A program made the position numbers and the translations under genes. A DNA stretch of 64,000 nucleotides. Source: Phoronis australis (lineage: Eukaryota; Animalia; Phoronida). This document shows, piece after piece, positions 58,901 through 64,000 of this stretch. Below the pieces are notes generated by a model. The model was not told where the DNA came from, did no database searches, and worked only from the letters and a program-made list of their open reading frames with translations. The stretch covers positions 186,001 to 250,000 of the forward strand of contig NMRA01000308.1 in assembly GCA_002633005.1 (NCBI GenBank), in the 5' to 3' direction. Numbering within the stretch: position 1 is the first letter of the stretch; the number at the start of each line of letters is the position of its first letter.

Positions 58901-61900
58901 TCAATAATGTCCTACATTACCTTACGTGAGCGAGTAAAAGACCTCTCATATTTGCTTGTTTTGTCAAAATTCGGTCTGCATATTTTGCTTCTTCTGTATG
59001 CATAACAGTTGACAAAAAAGCAAGGTTGGTTCTGGCCCATTTTGAGACCTGTGGTCATTGACTAGAAAAGGAAATATAATAAAAATGCTGGGTCACATCA
59101 ATTTTAGCTGATATCTTTTTTTTTCGGTTTTGTTTTTGAAAGCTGCATTAAGGCATGTAACCAAAGGTTTAGCAAGATTTGAAATCCCAAAATTTGCCTA
59201 GCAATGAATTAAAAAGAAATCTCTAAAAGTGCCACACCAGAACCGAGTATGCTTTTTTACCTTATTTGAATGAAACTTTGAAATATCTAATTACAAATTT
59301 TGTTATATTTGGTAAGTTTTATTCTAATGTTGGTCCAAGTAACAGATCTGGTACACCATTTTTGCTTTGTTAATTTGCATTTTAAAAAATGATAGAAAAT
59401 TAAGCTAAGCTTGTTCAGCAAATGTTTTTAAACAATAAAAGTGTGTATCATCATTATGAATCAAGAACAAAGATACAGTGTTTTTTCATCAGTGCTGTGA
59501 TTCTGAAAAATTTTCAGTTGTGTAGCCAATTCATTGTGTTTTTCCACATTTTACAACCATACAGGTATGAATTATAAATCTATGTACCTCAGGGCATATA
59601 TGGTATAAATTGGGTGTCCCAGAAATTTTTGAATACTCTGAAATATGAACACCTGGAATTCCAAAGTTTTGTTTACGAGCCGCACTTGACTCTAATTGCT
59701 GTGAAACAATGACTGAATTATTTCAGACTTTACAGTTTTGCATGCTACACAGAACGAGTACTTCTCATTCTATGTATTAAACTGATCTACAAACAAGTAC
59801 TTCTCATTCTATGTCAGTATTAAACTGACCTACAAACAAGCACTTCTCATTCTATGTATTAAACTGACCTACAAACAAGCACTTCTCATTCTATGTATTA
59901 AACTGACCTACAAACAAGCACTTCTCATTCTATGTATTAAACTGACCTACAAACAAGCACTTCTCATTCCATGTATTAAACTGACCTACAAACAATCAGA
60001 AACAATTCACTGAATTGTTCTCCGCATTAACACATTTTGTTCTCAACTGCTGAAGTCACCTGAGTCACTTTTTAACTTCTACAGATTGTGAAATAAGACT
60101 TTGGAAGTCCTGAAGCCGAAGCACGGTGAAACCAAATGGTGGTAGTCACAGGTTGCAATATTTCTGTGAACATTTTAGGGACACCGTGAATTGGTGGTAG
60201 TCACATGTTATAATATTTCTGTGAACATTTTAGGGACACATGAATTGTATCTTCCACAGGATTGTGTGTCGTCATCGCATCGTGCCAAAGTGGTGACTGA
60301 CCTCAGGTGTCTTCATGTCTTCTACCACTTCACCCCAGAGACATATGCTCTCGCCATCAATCTACTAGACCGGTTCCTGTCCAAGATGAAGGCCAGACCC
60401 AAGTATTTGTCGTGCATTGCCATGTCCTGCTATTTTATTGCCACCAAGACATGTGAGGAAAGCCAGGTACACATGCGCTAACATTTTTATTCACGTCACT
60501 GTAATTGTGTTTCTCTCCATAGCAACTTGAGATGTTGCCCAAATACAGTTTGCTGACATTAATATCTCTTTTTTTCTGTTGCTAGAGCGTTCCACGTCTC
60601 ACTGACTTACTCACCATTGGCCAGTGCAGCTTTAAACCTAGTGACATTCTGCGAATGGAATCCATCATCCTGCAGAAATTGAACTTTGACCTGAATGCCA
60701 CTACTCCACTTAAGTTCCTGGAACATTACTACAGGCTTCTGACTGAGACCCACCCTTGGCTTGCTTCCTACCTGGTGGTAGAAGTGCTTATCTCCCGTCT
60801 GGAGGTGTGTCTCTCCAATGTGTCAGCTGCGTCCAGTGAGGTAGGTGAATCTGAGCTGTTTGTGAGCAGCCAGACAAAGCATAACTTTGGTATTAAAAGT
60901 GACAACAATGTAATCTGTTGCAAGGCTCACTTTTGGTGACGGTTTGAGTTAGCCAAAAAGTGCTGGCATGTTTGCTAGCACTGTGTAGCCAGACTGGTCA
61001 CTTTATAGGACACATGTGTATAGTGAAATCCTTTGTTTATCAATGTATCTTGGCGAGTAACATGATTTTCATCAATTGTTGTTTTAAAACAAAAAGTGAT
61101 TTAGGAAATTATCCCTACATGAATCCTACACAGACAGTCTGTTTGGCTACAACGCCAGTGTTTTTGTGACTGAAAACTGCTATCTTTTCACCACCTGTGT
61201 AAATATAATGTATGAGGTCTAGTCCCAGCACCACCAAAGGCTTACTTAAGACTGAACACAAAGGCTTACTTAAGACTCAATACAAGAGTTTAATAATCTC
61301 ATTCAAAACTTGAATCATGAGTTAAGTGTGGTGGTCTCAAATCCTAGACTTTCATTAGGTAGAATCTCACATCATGGCTGTAGTGGTGAGTTCTGGGCAG
61401 TTGTAAATAAATTTCTAGAAAGTATTGAAATAAGAAATTGATACTAATCTTTCCTTTTTTCACATCTTTGCTTCAAGAGAACCTGCTGTTTGCTGGTCAT
61501 TCCAACTTAGTAACATAAAATGTTAGTGAATTCTAATTCCTTTTAAATACTTTTGCCAAGTCAGAGTGGTAAAGAGGCCATGTTTTGTGCATGCTGAGTT
61601 CAATCTGTATTCTGCCCAGTTTAACTTGCTAAACTAAACTGAGCTAGCTTTTTTATTCTCATAACATTCCTTATCGTCAAGTGATTCTGTTTACGGTAAC
61701 AACAAGAACATCAAAACCATCTGCAACTCAAAAAAGACGCTTCAGGGTTTATCGACGTTAGCATTGGTAACAAAAATGAAATTTTATCATAGTGTAATGA
61801 ATATTAGGAGGCTGATTTGATGAGAGTAAAAGGCCTAATTTGGTTTTCATTTTTACCCAATCAAACAACGATATACAGCTTTAACGAAGGATGGTTATTT

Positions 61901-62041
61901 GTCACTAGTGTATCATTGTCCTTTATTCTCCAGGCTCACATCCTCGCTCTCTCTATCATTTATCACGCATTACAAGAAGCAGACCTGTGCACTGGTACTA
62001 CCCTTCTAACATCCATGGCATACTTAAAAGCATTCTCTAAG
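55940..62041 (+). CDS. CCNG: Cyclin G (cyclin-G2-like), 3'-incomplete in this window
   Basis: QLLVLLQTSLQQRNKFQP resembles CCNG2 QLLGLLNVYLEQEERFQP; RAKVVTDLRCL, PETYALAINLLDRFLSKMK, IGQCSFKPSDILRMESIILQKL; last visible exon ends at a donor without a stop. Confidence 0.92.
56481..56822 (-). repeat. Interspersed repeat family C, inverted copy
   Basis: Reverse complement of 57366..57742 and 14346..14690. Confidence 0.8.
57366..57896 (+). repeat. Interspersed repeat family C, copy
   Basis: Shared blocks AGTCAAACCCAGTGCGTTGG, GGAATTCAGAAATG, CCAGTCAGGCTAGATA. Confidence 0.8.
58165..58385. repeat. Minisatellite, 21-bp unit x~10
   Basis: AGACATGGCTCAGGGCTTCTC. Confidence 0.95.
58568..58678 (+). 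CDS. CCNG: Cyclin G exon (N-terminal helix)
   Basis: aag|VSQTSNYQQLLVLLQTSLQQRNKFQPSDAAFLKENCR|gtgagc; 5' boundary uncertain. Confidence 0.8.
59757..59994. repeat. Minisatellite, 39-bp unit x6
   Basis: ACAAACAAGCACTTCTCATTCTATGTATTAAACTGACCT. Confidence 0.95.
60260..60466 (+). CDS. CCNG: Cyclin G exon (cyclin box)
   Basis: cag|DCVSSSHRAKVV...DRFLSKMKARPKYLSCIAMSCYFIATKTCEESQ|gtacac. Confidence 0.95.
60586..60840 (+). CDS. CCNG: Cyclin G exon
   Basis: tag|SVPRLTDLLTIGQCSF...ATTPLKFLEHYY...LEVCLSNVSAASSE|gtaggt. Confidence 0.94.
61934..62041 (+). CDS. CCNG: Cyclin G exon
   Basis: cag|AHILALSIIYHALQEADLCTGTTLLTSMAYLKAFSK|gtgaga. Confidence 0.88.
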
Positions 62042-62788
62042 GTGAGAAGTCATACAACTATTCACTCTGATGTGTGCTCATTCCTTGTTAGACCTTACAG
62101 TTTTGAGGAGTTGAAACAAGAGCACAAAAAGTGCTTGTTATTCTTATCTGCATTTAACTCTTGAAATAGTTATTTGAGAGAAAAAAATCATCTGGAATTC
62201 TGGTGAAGATGTCAATAGTTCATTAACTTGTTCTTCTTTCTTTTTTAAATGTTTATTACATAAAATACACTGTACTATTGTAGTTAGGCCTTGAAAGTGC
62301 AAGAAACAATAATATGTGGGTGCTAATTTGTCATCATAGAGTACCCAATTCATTTGGCCGTTTTCCCATTCAATGACTTTACCAGAAATAGAGCGGTTGC
62401 TCGTTTGTTAACTGCCGAGCACAGTCTTGTCTGTTTTGACAACATGCAAGTCAGTTATCTGCAAGGCTTCAAAAGGTTGAACAACAATTAATAACTGATG
62501 GTAGTCGATGACGTTTTTCTTGGTTTGTCAATAACCATTTTATCAGCATTGGGACTTTTTCCATGAAAGATTTAGCTTCAGTTAATATTGGGAGTGGACT
62601 CCAGCAAGTATTATTAGCTCTGAGAAGTCGAGGTGCTCACGAGCTGGTTTGTTCAGTAAAGAAAAGCCACTCCACCTGCTCATTTTTAAAGAAGTTTTGC
62701 TGTACAGCTTTTGAAGATCACTAGTTCTGTATTTACCCCAAAAATACACGCATTACTGAGGAACGGATCCAGCGACCCATTTTATTAA

Positions 62789-63429
62789 ACAGTACACACC
62801 ATGGATTTTTGCACATTTCGAATTAACGGTGGCCACAGACTAAATGTATGACCTAAAATTTAGCCAAATCCATGATTATTTTGTGTCATTAGCTCGAAAT
62901 TTTGATTTCTCTTTCAATTTTGCCAATTTTCACATTTCCCGCCATGTGACATCATGGGTTGAACACAAGAGATCAGCGACTAGCATTGAACAACGGCGGA
63001 GAGTAGGGAATTTGTAAGCGACAACGATTATGAGCAAGAAATGAACAAATACTATGAAGAAACGTACGAGAATGGTGGCCAGGATGACGAAATGGGGTTG
63101 CACGAAAGCGAGAACGAGTTTGATATGTTTTCAGCTGCGTACTTTTCTACTTTGAGGCCTTACGAACTGGATCCTCACGCGAGAGAAGCGGCCTTGGGCT
63201 CGGCCAGTCAACCCAGTCATCCAACAGACGATCCTGAATAAAGAGCCGATGTTTCTGAATAGTAAATATTGTCTTTTATTGAACCAGGCCTTCATCGTAA
63301 CATCTCCTCCGATTGGAGTCGAAACACGACTCCTCAAAGAGGGCAGAACACAGAGTGGCTCCGGACAGAATCGCTTTGTCCACGCTGAGGTCCCACACTC
63401 TCGTTCGGCGCACGAAGCGATGCCACTAC
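62789..63429. mobile_element. Second copy of the Kolobok-like element (inverted), cut at an N
   Basis: TTAA|ACAGTACACACCATGG end; reverse-complement match to 23430..24055; WHRFVRRTR..ATLCSALFEESCF on -. Confidence 0.75.
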
Positions 63430-63430
63430 N

Positions 63431-64000
63431 TTTTTTTTTTTTTTTACGTTTACCTCTGTATCTTCAAAGGTCCTCAACGTATTTTCATAAATTTTGAATA
63501 TAGGCATCTATTGAAGAGATAACGCTTTGCTCCTGTTTTGGGATGGAATCGAGGTATTTTGCGCCACATGGTGACCATTTTTGCTGTTTTCAAACCCTGG
63601 TTTTGGCGTCCACCCCTCTTCTAGGGATGGTTTTGAAAATTGAAAGGTTCTCAGTGTGAAGAGGACGTTTGATGATGGCGACTGACTACTGTGGCGCCTC
63701 CCAGTAGTAGTTTTGTTTTGTTTCGCGGAAATTCGCGCCCATAGCTGCATCAAAATAACAATAGAGCATGATGACTTTCAGGCGGATCCAACAGATTCTG
63801 TGCCCACTAGTGGCAATTTCATTTTATTCCGTTTTCCATTGTTTCTCTGAAGTTCCTTGACAGATTTTTATGAAATATGGCATGTTCCCATTTTGTACGT
63901 TTTTGCGCCATCTAGTAACTATTTTTATGATACAACTCATGTAAATAACCCTAAAAGCACACCATTCGCGTTGCATTCGTGGGCGCATTTCAACGCTCCA
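63431..64000 (+). mobile_element. HINE/Helentron-like element, diverged 3' part
   Basis: Same monomers and 3' end GTGGGCGCATTTCAACGCTCC at the window edge; begins right after an N. Confidence 0.8.

Overview
Eukaryotic (bilaterian invertebrate-like) genomic DNA with GT-AG introns. Three genes were reconstructed by hand. (1) A complete 32-coding-exon PDS5 cohesin regulator on + (2871..40264, about 1682 aa, long SP/TP-rich basic tail). (2) A complete 6-exon cyclin I on - (53280..43800, about 330 aa), convergent with PDS5. (3) A cyclin G on +, head-to-head with cyclin I, whose last exon lies beyond the window. Introns hold many non-autonomous DNA transposons (Helentron/HINE-like, TA-TSD element with HIRAN-like remnant, TTAA/Kolobok-like element with THAP remnant, hAT- and Harbinger-like MITEs) and about 20 unrelated minisatellites. 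The most striking observation is that the HINE-like element carries about 140-bp tandem monomers each containing a near-consensus CTCF motif, all co-oriented (about 20 sites, most inside PDS5). Also notable: three PDS5 splice acceptors have been tandemly multiplied, and a uORF stops on top of the cyclin I ATGATG. All calls are by eye; no database searches were run.
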